This document shows, piece by piece, positions 9,124 through 19,404 of a stretch of 64,000 nt of DNA (the stretch's first letter is position 1; each line of letters starts with the position of its first letter). Source of the DNA: a virus. The notes beneath the pieces are model-generated. The model made no database searches, had not been told where the DNA came from, and worked only from the letters and a program-made list of their open reading frames with translations. A program made the position numbers and the translations under genes. The DNA is taken from positions 2,465 to 66,464 of the IMG/VR virus record IMGVR_UViG_3300044858_001474; one strand, given 5' to 3'.

Positions 9124-9582
9124 TTATGCAGAAGCAGGATCTTGAGCACCACTAGATGTTTTTTGTATGTAGCTGATAGTAATAAAACCATCACCTGCAG
9201 TTGCAGTTGTACCAGCCATAGTTACTACTATTTGCATGTCAGTAGTACCAACATTACTCATTGCTGTAAGTTGAGCTGCAGTTGGGGTTAACGCTTGGCG
9301 ACCTGCTGCTGGAGTTGTGATTGCAGTTACATAAGCAGCTGCTGTTGTGCTGTTACCAACAGCTAAGGTTGCACCTGATGTGAAAGTAGTAGTTACATCA
9401 ATAAAGATGTTTACAATTTGTGAACCTGCGGGGAGTACGAAAGGAGTACTAGTAGTTAAACTTAAAGCCGCAGATTGCGCTAAAACTACAAGACCAGTGT
9501 TATCAATATTGCCAACAGTAGTACCAGTAGTATATCTAACTGTACCTGCGCGAACTGGACCAGAAAAAGTTGAAAAAGACAT
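9124..9582 (-). CDS. Putative structural protein
   Basis: MSFSTFSGPVRAG..LPAGSQIVNI; downstream of the capsid gene. Confidence 0.6.
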   Translation of the reverse strand: MSFSTFSGPVRAGTVRYTTGTTVGNIDNTGLVVLAQSAALSLTTSTPFVLPAGSQIVNIFIDVTTTFTSGATLAVGNSTTAAAYVTAITTPAAGRQALTPTAAQLTAMSNVGTTDMQIVVTMAGTTATAGDGFITISYIQKTSSGAQDPASA

Positions 9583-9595
9583 ATTTAATTCCTTA

Positions 9596-9668
9596 TTGCA
9601 CTTGCGCCTATCGTTGTGTGCGGATCTGCTGAGTCAGTCGAGTAGGCAGTTAAAAATATTCTCAGATA
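9596..9668 (-). ncRNA. Candidate pseudoknotted 5' leader RNA
   Basis: GCCUA-CUCG/CGAUAGGC stem encloses a CUG/CAG stem whose loop ACUCAG can pair with upstream CUGAG. Confidence 0.35.
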
Positions 9669-9675
9669 TGTACTC

Positions 9676-9705
9676 CTTATAACATTTATTTTGGTGGAGT
9701 GTCAA
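9676..9705 (-). promoter_or_regulatory. sigma70-type promoter
   Basis: TTGACA-18 nt-TATAAG with extended -10 TG, overlapping the endonuclease 3' end. Confidence 0.5.
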
Positions 9706-10648
9706 TTAATTTGTTGGACTTACGTCTATCATTATCTTTCTTATAATCCGCCTTCATACAGGCTATACAGGTGCCTTTTGTCTTACGTGGCGATAGGTGT
9801 CCTCTCTCACAAGGAACACCTGTGTAGTACTGCTTTTCGCCTTTATCTTTAGCATCTTGCCTAGTACGTGGCAAATTTATATATTCTTCAGGTATTTTTG
9901 GAGCCGCATTGAGTTCTTTGTCCGCATAAGATAATACCCATCCTGCTAATACCCCAAATTTTATAGGTTTGCCTGATTTACAAGCACGTATAATAGACGC
10001 TATTCCTACTCCTAAAGTGTCACGCATATAAGTTAAACTTACAAAAGTCTGTGTAGTTCTATCTGGTAATATCGCATATATTTCTTTTTGCATATCGTCC
10101 GCATTTGTAGGACGTTTTCCATAGAAGTGTGATTCTTCCCCTCGTTTAACAGAGGCCGCCATATTAGCTTTGCTTTGCTCAGAATGAGTTTTGCCTTTCA
10201 TTGGATTTGGCAGTCCTTTACATTTCTCTGATATTTTTGCTTTTGTTTCTTCGCTTCGTTTTAACCCATACCCATAATGTAATTCTCCTTTAGGGGGGGT
10301 TCTGTTTTTTGCTATTTTATTTAAGGTTTCTCCTGTGTGTTTTTTACCCCGCATAGGTGCGCTTGCGTCAGTAGCCCAGTTATAGCAATAGGGTTTACCT
10401 GCGTGTTCGTCTAACCACACCTGCTCCACACTAAGTAGTTCAGCTGGATCATCAATATGCATCAATACTTCAAACTTAAAGCATTCCTCCCCATATTTAT
10501 TCCAAGCTGCTTGCATATGAGGACTTTGGTGATTCCCTGCCCGTAGGCGTCTTCTATGGGCTTTAAACCTAGACTCTGTATTTATGGTGCTACCAACATA
10601 AAATTTATTGTTTACTACATTTCGTATTCTATATATTACATTTTCCAT
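9686..10648 (-). CDS. Free-standing GIY-YIG homing endonuclease with NUMOD3 repeats
   Basis: VIYRIRN..FYVGST..RFKAH; repeats GKKHTGET, RSEETKAKIS, GKTHSEQSKANM; ATG at 10648 has a GAGGG RBS. Confidence 0.88.
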   Translation of the reverse strand: MENVIYRIRNVVNNKFYVGSTINTESRFKAHRRRLRAGNHQSPHMQAAWNKYGEECFKFEVLMHIDDPAELLSVEQVWLDEHAGKPYCYNWATDASAPMRGKKHTGETLNKIAKNRTPPKGELHYGYGLKRSEETKAKISEKCKGLPNPMKGKTHSEQSKANMAASVKRGEESHFYGKRPTNADDMQKEIYAILPDRTTQTFVSLTYMRDTLGVGIASIIRACKSGKPIKFGVLAGWVLSYADKELNAAPKIPEEYINLPRTRQDAKDKGEKQYYTGVPCERGHLSPRKTKGTCIACMKADYKKDNDRRKSNKLIDTPPK

Positions 10649-10727
10649 TATGCTACCCTCGTTATTAAGCTTACGAAGGTTAATATACATTATTTGTCCG
10701 ACTCGGACAAGTTTTATTTTAAGACAT

Positions 10728-10752
10728 AAAAAAGGCCCCCGAAGGAGCCTTT
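10728..10752 (-). terminator. Rho-independent terminator after the major capsid gene
   Basis: AAAGGCTCC-TTCG-GGGGCCTTTTTT on the minus strand. Confidence 0.85.
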
Positions 10753-10776
10753 AATTTACTCTAAGTTACTGATTTA

Positions 10777-11691
10777 TCAAGCGCTTCCGGCAGAGCCAAA
10801 AACACCCAATGGATCACTAAAGCCGAACGAGTACCGTTCACGAGCCTTGTACCTAGAGTTGCCCGTGTCAAAGTCACTGTCCATGGAAGTAGCTAATGGA
10901 GTTCTAACAAAATGTTTCAGACCGTTTGGAACGTCAGTTAACAAGAACCAAGCATTTGTATCAGTCAACCATGGGTTAACAGTATAGCCGCCGGGAATTG
11001 AACCGTTGTTCTTAAGAGCGTTCACATCATTGTCAGTAGTACCAACACGCAATTCAGTTTCTAACAAACGAGTTGCTACGAATTGTAATGCAGGAGGTAG
11101 AACCAATTTTTTAGGTTTAGCAGCAATCAATAAACCACGTTCGTCAACCCACAAGGCAATTTGAATAACCGCATTTTCCAATGAAGTTTCGTTCAAATCG
11201 GCTGGTGTAGATGGTACGTTAGAAATTGTTGAGCCATAAACTAAAGGATGTGCACTGTTACATAAAGATTTGCCGTCACCACCAGTATAGTTGGAGTTGA
11301 ATGCATTGTTTAGTACAGCAGCGCCTTTAACTTCTTTGGTGTACGCCATAGCGCGAGCCAATGCTTTTGTATAACGAGCAGACAATGAGTCATACAAGTT
11401 ATCTTCAATAGCTTCTTCAGTTAAAGAAAAGCCCAGAGCGATAGTTTCGTGGGTGTAGCGAGTAGACCAAGCTTCTTGCGCATTGTCATACGTAATACCT
11501 GAGCCTTCGTTTTTAACCGCAGCGGCACCAAAGCCAGACAGTTTTTGTTCTTCTTCGAAAGAACGATCAGATGATTCAGTTTCGAAGATTTCTTTATACT
11601 TCTCACCATAACGCTCATATTCTAAACCGAACAGAGCATTAAGACCGGGAAGTAGTTCTTTTAGTAGTTGCGCGCGTGAAATAGCAGCCAT
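10777..11691 (-). CDS. Major capsid protein
   Basis: MAAISRAQLLKELLPGLNALFG...KARERYSFG.SDP signature; followed by a strong terminator. Confidence 0.9.
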   Translation of the reverse strand: MAAISRAQLLKELLPGLNALFGLEYERYGEKYKEIFETESSDRSFEEEQKLSGFGAAAVKNEGSGITYDNAQEAWSTRYTHETIALGFSLTEEAIEDNLYDSLSARYTKALARAMAYTKEVKGAAVLNNAFNSNYTGGDGKSLCNSAHPLVYGSTISNVPSTPADLNETSLENAVIQIALWVDERGLLIAAKPKKLVLPPALQFVATRLLETELRVGTTDNDVNALKNNGSIPGGYTVNPWLTDTNAWFLLTDVPNGLKHFVRTPLATSMDSDFDTGNSRYKARERYSFGFSDPLGVFGSAGSA

Positions 11692-11703
11692 TAGTTAAAC
11701 TCC

Positions 11704-12426
11704 TTAAATGCCGACAGGGTTGCGATATGCGTGACCACCAACGACAGTAATAGCCACAGCTGAAACAGCAAATGGAGTAGTACCTGATTGAGTCACAGCC
11801 GCAGTCATTGTTGGTGCTGTATAAGCTACGAAAGCTTCTACAAACGTACCGTCAGATAATGCAGTTTCTTGAACCATACTAACAATGCGCAAAGGCAGTG
11901 TTGCAGTAGTGTTTTTAGAAGCCAAATCAACTGAAATGGCGCTGTTACCAGTAGCAGTATTAACGCCATCAACAATAGAACCTGAGTTAGTAGGGATGAA
12001 GTAACCAATGTTTTGACCAACATCAGCTAGAGTAGCAGCACCAGAAGTGTAAGCTGTACCAGCATTAGTCAAGTTAACCTTCATTAAAATTTGTGGGTCG
12101 TCAGCAACAATAGCAACGGCATCAGAAGCAGAAGTTCCAGTAGGCCAGTATTGTGAGAAAACTTTGTATTTTAAAGTTGGGCTAGTGTAAGAGCAACCTA
12201 AGAAGATACCGATTGGGTTAATAGCCCAAGCAGTTTTAGCTCCCGTAGATGAATCTACACGTGCGATAGTACCATCAGCTAATAGAGACACAGGGTCGCC
12301 ATAACCAATATTTTTTGCGTAGCCAGACGCAATCGGTAAATACCGAGTTGCACCAGCGTAAGGCTGAAAGCCTTCTAAGGTATTCGGTAGAAAACCGTAG
12401 GGACCGACGTTGCTAGGATATGCCAT
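11704..12426 (-). CDS. Capsid-associated (decoration/minor head) protein
   Basis: PYGF.P..GDPV..GIFLGCSY..DDP pattern directly upstream of the MCP. Confidence 0.6.
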   Translation of the reverse strand: MAYPSNVGPYGFLPNTLEGFQPYAGATRYLPIASGYAKNIGYGDPVSLLADGTIARVDSSTGAKTAWAINPIGIFLGCSYTSPTLKYKVFSQYWPTGTSASDAVAIVADDPQILMKVNLTNAGTAYTSGAATLADVGQNIGYFIPTNSGSIVDGVNTATGNSAISVDLASKNTTATLPLRIVSMVQETALSDGTFVEAFVAYTAPTMTAAVTQSGTTPFAVSAVAITVVGGHAYRNPVGI

Positions 12427-12465
12427 AAAAAACTCCTAAATAAGATTCAACACGGCCCTAATTAT

Positions 12466-12927
12466 TTAGGAACCGCGACCAAAAGACACTTTAGATGCTT
12501 TTTCAGAGAAAAGGGGCATCCGAGGATCATTTTCGCGCAAGAAGTTGTTATCAACAGACTCCACAGACGCTCTGGACATATTAGCATAATACTCTTTACG
12601 AGAGTTTGAGTTCTCGACAGTAGTCTTACACAAAACAAGTCCACCAATTTCAATCAACCCTTGGGGTTTTAAACCAAAGGCAGCAAAGTCAGACAATAAC
12701 TCAGGATGATCTTCCGCTTGACAAGGTATCCACCCCTCGCGTTTGGCCTTAGCCATATTCGCTGGATCAGGCACCCCCATCATAGAAACTCTTTTCCAGT
12801 GAAACACGTAGCCATCTTGTGGGTCTGGAGCTGGCAAATCATGCGCAGGTTTCCATGATACTGGACGAACTTCTTTTTCGCGTGTTTCTGTAGAGCGTGG
12901 TGCTCTGTCAATTTGTACGTTAGCCAT
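12466..12927 (-). CDS. Conserved head-module protein
   Basis: WKP..LPAP..REGW.P..IGGLVLCK. Confidence 0.6.
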   Translation of the reverse strand: MANVQIDRAPRSTETREKEVRPVSWKPAHDLPAPDPQDGYVFHWKRVSMMGVPDPANMAKAKREGWIPCQAEDHPELLSDFAAFGLKPQGLIEIGGLVLCKTTVENSNSRKEYYANMSRASVESVDNNFLRENDPRMPLFSEKASKVSFGRGS

Positions 12928-13819
12928 TAAGTTGTTGCTCCTTTACTTTGTACTTGGCGTATACCTCTAAAGGTACTCCAAGACGTTTTGCTATAGCGAC
13001 TTCAGATGTGTTCAGAGTGACTTTTTTAGGTGCAGTAGTTCTACCTACCGATGCCACTGGTGAAGATTTCTTTTTGTCGAAGTTCTTTGGGAATACTTCC
13101 CGTATGCGGGAGTCTACTCGCTGATAATACTCGTCAGAGGTAGGGTCTACACCGGATTTAACCAATTTTTCGTGCAGTCCATAAGCGAAGGCGGTCATCT
13201 CTTCATCTTTACCAAACCATGGATTCTTTCCAGCCCAGCTCTCGGCTTTATAGTCTCTTGGTGGCGCTTCTGGCACTGATGGTGGAATATATACATCATT
13301 ACTTTGTGGTTGTAAAGCTTTTTGTTGTACAGGTGATGCTAAGTTAGCTAATTGCCGTTTTTGATTGGCTAGTTCGCTTAACTCTTCCTGTGCTTCAAGT
13401 ACTCCATCTGTATCGCCCGTTTCAAAAGCTTGACGGTATTTATCCTGCGCAATTTTATGTGCGTATTCTAAACGACCTTGAGCTTCCTTCGTATACTCTT
13501 GATGCCCCCAGTTAAGTGTGCTTTTTAACTGTTCGTTTTCTGCAAGAATAGCCTGAGCAATACGTATAGCTTCAGCATTTTGTCTTTCTAAAGCTTCTTT
13601 CTCACGTTTAGCATCGTGGTACTTATGGTTTATCTGATTAATGCGCTTTTGAACGCCCTTAGAGTATGACTCTAACTCATCATCGTCATCGTCCTCTGTA
13701 TCAGCTAACTTAGTTCTACCTCGATCTTCTTCAGGAGTATCGTCTACGATATCAACTTCGTAATCATCGCCCTCATCAAGATCTACATCAATATCTTCGT
13801 TTTCGTATTCTTCAGCCAT
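12920..13819 (-). CDS. Capsid scaffolding protein
   Basis: Acidic N-terminus, coiled coil, KNPWFG and AKRLGVPLEVYAK C-terminus; position. Confidence 0.75.
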   Translation of the reverse strand: MAEEYENEDIDVDLDEGDDYEVDIVDDTPEEDRGRTKLADTEDDDDDELESYSKGVQKRINQINHKYHDAKREKEALERQNAEAIRIAQAILAENEQLKSTLNWGHQEYTKEAQGRLEYAHKIAQDKYRQAFETGDTDGVLEAQEELSELANQKRQLANLASPVQQKALQPQSNDVYIPPSVPEAPPRDYKAESWAGKNPWFGKDEEMTAFAYGLHEKLVKSGVDPTSDEYYQRVDSRIREVFPKNFDKKKSSPVASVGRTTAPKKVTLNTSEVAIAKRLGVPLEVYAKYKVKEQQLNG

Positions 13820-13827
13820 TTATCCTC

Positions 13828-14226
13828 CTAGTATGCGCGGCTAATGCCACGTGGGTCAGCAACTGTACCTTCAATCATGTCATCATTTACTAAGATGAAC
13901 TCTTCCCCATCAACAGAGAATCGTGAACCACGGTATGCTCCAATTAATACGAAATCACCTTCTTGACACCAAGGACCTGTTGGAAATTTTACTTTATCTT
14001 CATAAGCCATGTTGCCTACTTTAAGCACCATACAAACTACAGCACCTGCCTCTTCTTTCTTTTTGAAAGCGTCTGGCATTTCAATACCGCTTGCTGTTTT
14101 ATCCACTATCTTAGGTTTAATCAATAAAAGCTTGTATCCTACCGGATCTGGTAAGCGGTCAGCTAATGACTCCCCTTTTTCGATAGTAGCATCCGTATCT
14201 ATATTTCCTATATCTTTGGTACTCAT
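13828..14226 (-). CDS. groES: Co-chaperonin GroES-like protein
   Basis: PVGYKLLL, KTASGI mobile loop, GDFV..YRGSRF, LVNDD. Confidence 0.85.
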   Translation of the reverse strand: MSTKDIGNIDTDATIEKGESLADRLPDPVGYKLLLIKPKIVDKTASGIEMPDAFKKKEEAGAVVCMVLKVGNMAYEDKVKFPTGPWCQEGDFVLIGAYRGSRFSVDGEEFILVNDDMIEGTVADPRGISRAY

Positions 14227-14411
14227 TAATTTTCTTCCTCAATTTTTTGCAGGTCTTTTAAACGATTAAGAGCTAAGGACAGACCCGATAAAGTCCCTAC
14301 CAATAATTTGTAAGCTGGAAAGTCCTCAACACGCCCTTTTGCAAGGGCGTCCATGTGAGCAACTATCTCATCTTCAAGATCTCTACGCAGTACATCTAGT
14401 ACAGTTTTCAT
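14226..14411 (-). CDS. Conserved hypothetical protein
   Basis: ORF track; coupled; LAKG..DF..YK..VG pattern. Confidence 0.6.
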   Translation of the reverse strand: MKTVLDVLRRDLEDEIVAHMDALAKGRVEDFPAYKLLVGTLSGLSLALNRLKDLQKIEEEN

Positions 14412-14599
14412 ATGTTATAAGGCTCAAGTTTTTGAGGGTTGTATATTACCTCTGATATTGGGTAGCTGTAGTGTTCTCTTGCCTGTTCTTTTGCAAATTG
14501 TTCAGCGGCCTCTAATGTATAAAATATCTGAAATTGTCTTTCAGGCTCATCTTCAAAACGCTCTTGGACTACATATTGTTTTTTATATTCTTCACTCAT
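14408..14599 (-). CDS. Hypothetical protein
   Basis: ORF track; overlapping start/stop. Confidence 0.5.
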   Translation of the reverse strand: MSEEYKKQYVVQERFEDEPERQFQIFYTLEAAEQFAKEQAREHYSYPISEVIYNPQKLEPYNI

Positions 14600-14602
14600 T
14601 TG

Positions 14603-17080
14603 TTACCCCATAGGTGGTTGTGGAGGTGGTGTAGGTGCTGGCGCTCCTTGTGGTGGTGCAGGTGCTGAGGCCGCTTGTGGCGGGGCCTCTAGGTTATTTT
14701 TTGCGTTTTGCGCACTTATTTGTTGAGTCGCCATATCTAACCCTTTAAACAACCCTTGAACCTTAGCGTCTTCGCCTTGAAGCATTAATTTAGCCTCATT
14801 GTTTAGCATCGCTATCTCTTTACTAGCGTCAATCTTCTTAAGCTCGATCTCTTTTTTGTTATTGATCTCTTGCTCTTTCAGTTGTAACTCTTTCTGTTGC
14901 ATCTGTACTACAGGGTCTTGAGCTTGCTGTTGAGCCGTTTGTTGGGCTTGTTCAGCTTGGTTCGCTTGTAGTAGTTGTTTAGCTGCATCAGCAGATAGTT
15001 TTGCCAGTTGTACTGCCATTTCAGGGCTTAACTCTGTATCTTCTGGAGGTAGTGTAGTACCTAACTGAGTCTCTATACCTCTACGGTATTGGAAGCCCAC
15101 ATGCTCCATGATATGTGCCATTAACGCCTGTTTTATGACAGAAGCTTGAGGGTTTTGCCCCATTGCTGCCGCTATCTTAGGGTCAGTTAGCATACTGTTA
15201 TGCACTGTTAAGTGCGCATCGTGGTCTTGTTCTATGAACGCTTTGACAGGTTTAGCTTTAAGAATGTCCATATTCTCTGTTACAGGGTCAGTGGGCTTTT
15301 GGTCTTCTTCCACAATAACTATCTTATCCGCGTCTTTAATGCCCATAACTTCAAGCATTTGACGATGTAATACAGGTAAGTTGTATATTTGTGGAGATTG
15401 TTGAGCTAACTGAATAGCTGCTTGGTACTGAATGATCCTTTGTGCCATAGTACTAGCGTTTGGATCAGAGACTGGAATAATATCAACTTTATCGTAGTCT
15501 TCTTTCTTAGCTGAGGGTTCAGCATCAAACTCTGGCATGTAGTCATAAGCAGGGGCAGTATAGTCTCTTACTAACGCTGCAATTAACTTAAACTCTTGCT
15601 CCATCGAGTAGTGAACACGAGCCTGAACAGCCGACATCACCTTTAGAGTTCTTTCCAAGATAGCCAGTGTAGTACCTACTGGCGCCTCTCCATTCATGTT
15701 ATCCAGCTTAACATCAGCAACTGCAGCTAATCTACGGCCTTCTTCTACTACGTTTTGTAGTAATGTGAATAATGTTTGGCTTGGCTCTTTATAAGGAAGC
15801 GGTAAGATGTTGTCTTTAATATTAGCTGACGGGACATCAACGTCTCTCCACTCACCCGGCATGATCGGAGTATCATCACCTTTAATCCTCATACCTCTAG
15901 ATTTTAAGCCTCCGGGTAGGTTACTTAGTGTACCTGCATCAATTAACTGTCTGACAATAGAAGTTGCAGATTTAGCAAACCCACCAATAAGATGTATAAG
16001 ACCGTAGCCATAAGCACCGAAACCGGGGATATAAGTATACTGTACAAAATGTTGCTTAGCTTGTTTAAGAGGGTCATGTTCATCCCAGTTGCGTCTAATG
16101 GATAAAATCTCTTGTGTACCTTGTTCAATGGTCACAACATATGGCAGGGCTATGCCTGTCTCTTCACCTGAGTCATCATCGACATCTTCAAACCCAACAA
16201 GGTCTAACTCAACCTGCATCTCTAATAGTCTGTATCTATTGTCGTATGTGGCTTTATACCCATCAGCTTCGTCTTTGCGCTTCTGAATATCGTCAAGATC
16301 TTTTGTTGGCTCACCAAGGTCTATATCACGATAGAACTCCGCATACTGTAGCTTCTTAACATCATTCTTGGTTTTACGCATGACATGAGTTAGTCGCTCT
16401 GAAGTACGTGCATCAGAGGCTCCATAGGGGATATACAGATCTTCCGCAGGTACAAACATACTTACCTGACGGTTTAGTGAGGGGTCAAAATATACTTTCT
16501 TAAACGCGGCTCCTGCCAATGCTAAGGACCACAACATCTTTTCGTGTTCAGGTCTAAACTCAGTCATTTTTTCCGTAAGCTGGTAGTTCATGTCTTCTAC
16601 AACACGTTCCGCAGACTTCTGGGTATCAGGGTCATCTTTACCGATTATTCGGGCTTTTACAGGTCCCTGAGCAGGAAATGTTTCAGAGATCATCTCAGAC
16701 TGAAAGCGGATAGCCGCTTCTGTTAGCATGGGGTGGTATACACCACAAGCGCCTTGCCAAGGTTCTGAACGCTCTTCAATTTTTAAACCTAACAAATCTA
16801 AGCCGTCTATATAGGTAGACTCCCACTCTTTACGAGCGTTCTTGTCATTGTTAAAGTCATCAAGTAAGTCAGCTACTAGTGAGGCCATATCCGCCTCATC
16901 CATGTACTCCGCGAGGTTCGCATCAAAACCCGGCTCTTGTTCCACCTCTACATCAACCTCAGTCTCAATAGGGTCCATCGGATCCCCTATATTAACCTCT
17001 ATTGGCGCTTCATCATCTTCTGTTAAAAAGGGGCTCTGCGGTTGCATTGCCTTAAATATGTTGTTTGGAACTTCAGCCAT
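14603..17080 (-). CDS. Portal protein
   Basis: PWQGACGVYHP, FKKVYFDP, QLIDAGTLSNLPGGLK; Gln-rich tail; follows terL. Confidence 0.88.
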   Translation of the reverse strand: MAEVPNNIFKAMQPQSPFLTEDDEAPIEVNIGDPMDPIETEVDVEVEQEPGFDANLAEYMDEADMASLVADLLDDFNNDKNARKEWESTYIDGLDLLGLKIEERSEPWQGACGVYHPMLTEAAIRFQSEMISETFPAQGPVKARIIGKDDPDTQKSAERVVEDMNYQLTEKMTEFRPEHEKMLWSLALAGAAFKKVYFDPSLNRQVSMFVPAEDLYIPYGASDARTSERLTHVMRKTKNDVKKLQYAEFYRDIDLGEPTKDLDDIQKRKDEADGYKATYDNRYRLLEMQVELDLVGFEDVDDDSGEETGIALPYVVTIEQGTQEILSIRRNWDEHDPLKQAKQHFVQYTYIPGFGAYGYGLIHLIGGFAKSATSIVRQLIDAGTLSNLPGGLKSRGMRIKGDDTPIMPGEWRDVDVPSANIKDNILPLPYKEPSQTLFTLLQNVVEEGRRLAAVADVKLDNMNGEAPVGTTLAILERTLKVMSAVQARVHYSMEQEFKLIAALVRDYTAPAYDYMPEFDAEPSAKKEDYDKVDIIPVSDPNASTMAQRIIQYQAAIQLAQQSPQIYNLPVLHRQMLEVMGIKDADKIVIVEEDQKPTDPVTENMDILKAKPVKAFIEQDHDAHLTVHNSMLTDPKIAAAMGQNPQASVIKQALMAHIMEHVGFQYRRGIETQLGTTLPPEDTELSPEMAVQLAKLSADAAKQLLQANQAEQAQQTAQQQAQDPVVQMQQKELQLKEQEINNKKEIELKKIDASKEIAMLNNEAKLMLQGEDAKVQGLFKGLDMATQQISAQNAKNNLEAPPQAASAPAPPQGAPAPTPPPQPPMG

Positions 17081-17106
17081 TGATGGATCCTTAAGTTATT
17101 TGTTCG

Positions 17107-18597
17107 TTAGTAGTAGTTAGCACGTTTCTTTATTAACCAGCTGTCTTCATCAATATCCTTATCTTTAGCTGAACCAATGAAGCCTCCTGACCTAAACCGC
17201 GCAAGAGCTAGGGTTACAGCATCTACAAAGTCATCATTCCTACCTGCTGGAAACGAAGCCACCTCGTCTATCACTTCTTCAGCCCATCGAGTAGATGGAG
17301 CCCATACCTTTCCAGAAGCAAACATGTCAGATACTGCATTTAGTCGTGATATCTTATCTTGTCCGCGTGAAGGTGTAAACTCTTGGACAGGAATGCCCAT
17401 ACGTCTTAACTCATATATTAGCGGAGCTCCTGATGCTTTCTTCTCAATAATAACACCATCTGGCTCCCACTCTTGATAAAACTCTAATGTCCGTTGCTTT
17501 AAATCAGGAAACTCTAGCCGTTCTCGCCAAGCTTCTAACAGTATTAAGTTCGGTTGATCTCCGTCTTCAGGGTTGTTCCACACACCAAATATCACGATGG
17601 CGCTGTAGTCAGCACTGGTCTTTTTCTCAAACGCCGTATCCATCGACATCAACAGGAAGTCACAGTCAGGGGGCTCTTTCCCCTCCCACTCTTGCCACCA
17701 CTCTCTCTTAACGATAGCCGTAGACTCAGATGTGGGTTGCTGCTGGTACTGTGCTTGCCATTTGCCGCTAGGTATCTCAGCCTTTACCGCCATTAACTCT
17801 TCAATGGGCCAGAACTCAGGCCAAAGCGGTTTGCCACTAGGTAATATGGCTGGAAACTCAATCACTTCCCACTTGTCGCCACCCATTGCTGCAGACTCTA
17901 ATATCTGCCCTGTAAGGTCACGTAGACTCCAACGAGTCATAACTATAACAATAGCCCCACCGGGCTGTAACCGCTGACGAGGACCAGATGAGTACCAACT
18001 ATACACCTTATCGTACACTTCAGGGTTGTACTGCGCTATAACCGCATCGCCTTCAGAGTGTGGGTCATCAATTATCAGTAGGTCAGCACCTTTACCCGTT
18101 ACAGCACCGCTGATCCCGATAGCGAAGTAGTCCCCTCCCGCGTTTGTGTTCCATCGCCCCGCCGCTTTAGAGTCTGTTTGTAGCCCTACACCCGGAAATA
18201 TGGACTGATACTCGTCCGACCCTACTAAGTTACGTACCTTACGACCAAAACCTACCGCAAGCTCTGCCGTATGCGAACACTGAATGACTTTCTTCTCTGG
18301 AAAGCGCCCTAAAAACCACGCAGGTAACAAGTAAGAAGAGAACTCACTCTTAGTATGACGAGGACCTAAGTTAATAATCAGTCTTTTGCACTCACCATTA
18401 GCCACCCGTTCAAATTCTTTCGCTATACGCGCATGGTGCCGCCCATAAATAAAACTAGGCCACACTTCCTGCACAAAAGATAAGAAGCTTGTCTGTGCAT
18501 CTTCCCTAGCCTTACGCTTTTTTAGCTCTTTTATAAGCTGCGCAAGGTGTATACGGTCAGATTCAGGTAAAGCTGCTAGTCTATCTTTCATCAACAA
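17107..18597 (-). CDS. terL: Terminase large subunit
   Basis: Walker A GPRHTKS, Walker B IIDDPH, RNase-H-like MDTAF...DDFVDA. Confidence 0.95.
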   Translation of the reverse strand: MLMKDRLAALPESDRIHLAQLIKELKKRKAREDAQTSFLSFVQEVWPSFIYGRHHARIAKEFERVANGECKRLIINLGPRHTKSEFSSYLLPAWFLGRFPEKKVIQCSHTAELAVGFGRKVRNLVGSDEYQSIFPGVGLQTDSKAAGRWNTNAGGDYFAIGISGAVTGKGADLLIIDDPHSEGDAVIAQYNPEVYDKVYSWYSSGPRQRLQPGGAIVIVMTRWSLRDLTGQILESAAMGGDKWEVIEFPAILPSGKPLWPEFWPIEELMAVKAEIPSGKWQAQYQQQPTSESTAIVKREWWQEWEGKEPPDCDFLLMSMDTAFEKKTSADYSAIVIFGVWNNPEDGDQPNLILLEAWRERLEFPDLKQRTLEFYQEWEPDGVIIEKKASGAPLIYELRRMGIPVQEFTPSRGQDKISRLNAVSDMFASGKVWAPSTRWAEEVIDEVASFPAGRNDDFVDAVTLALARFRSGGFIGSAKDKDIDEDSWLIKKRANYY

Positions 18598-18678
18598 TGC
18601 ATTAGAGGGTTAAAATAAAGGGCAACAAGCCCTGCAACTAATACCGCCCAACTTATAATCGCTAAACGTACGTCATCT

Positions 18679-19266
18679 TCAGGCCTCATCATGCACTTCT
18701 CCTCGTAATTCTTCGTCAGTAATCTCTTGTGGGGCTTCTTTAACCTCTCTAGCAACTAAATCCCCTAGTGAATACGTGGCTAATAAGCTTGAAAGCTCTG
18801 TCTCTAACTCTTTTGTAGGCTTATCAGTCGTTGCTATTTCTATTTTGGTACTGAACAGCCCAATCTCTGACACCTTACCTAGCATCTCTAGGGCTTTTAT
18901 AGCTAACTTAGGGTCTTCACTCTCTGCCAATTCAAACATCTTAAAGATTAGATACTGCCGCATCTTGTTTGTTGCATTGGGGAGATTATAGTCGAACCGT
19001 TTTAATAGTTTCTCAAGGGCTTTCGCGGCGCCGGATGTAGTAGGTGCAAGAGGTGCATCGGGTTGTTCAAGAAAAATGCTCAAGGCTTCGTTCTTTTCTT
19101 GGGCTGTAAATTCAGGGGGAAGTTTTGTATAAGGTACGCCGTTGTTCAGTAAGAATGATCTGTCGGCAAACACTTCTTGGGCTTGTAAAAAGGTGCTCTC
19201 AGCACTTCGCTCAGACGGAGCTAAAAGGGCTTCTAATTCTAGAATTGTTTCTAATTCAGGATCCAT
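18679..19266 (-). CDS. Terminase small subunit-like protein
   Basis: Upstream of terL; IKALEMLGK..IGLF motif; start moved to MDPELE because the upstream extension looks non-coding. Confidence 0.55.
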   Translation of the reverse strand: MDPELETILELEALLAPSERSAESTFLQAQEVFADRSFLLNNGVPYTKLPPEFTAQEKNEALSIFLEQPDAPLAPTTSGAAKALEKLLKRFDYNLPNATNKMRQYLIFKMFELAESEDPKLAIKALEMLGKVSEIGLFSTKIEIATTDKPTKELETELSSLLATYSLGDLVAREVKEAPQEITDEELRGEVHDEA

Positions 19267-19404
19267 AATATACCAGTATGCGCAGAACTCAAAGGTCCAG
19301 ATAATCTCTAGCCTATCATGGTTTTCTAAATTTTTGTAGAAAAATTTTTTTGCTTTGGCACTTATTTTAGTGACGGGGGGTGTTTTGGCGGGAGGAGGTG
19401 AAAA

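Noticed and set aside
9686-10690. Group I intron around the GIY-YIG gene
   Set aside because: Flanking genes are complete and a terminator separates it from the MCP; it is free-standing
13828-14226. GroES without GroEL as a novelty
   Set aside because: Phage co-chaperonins in head modules are well known
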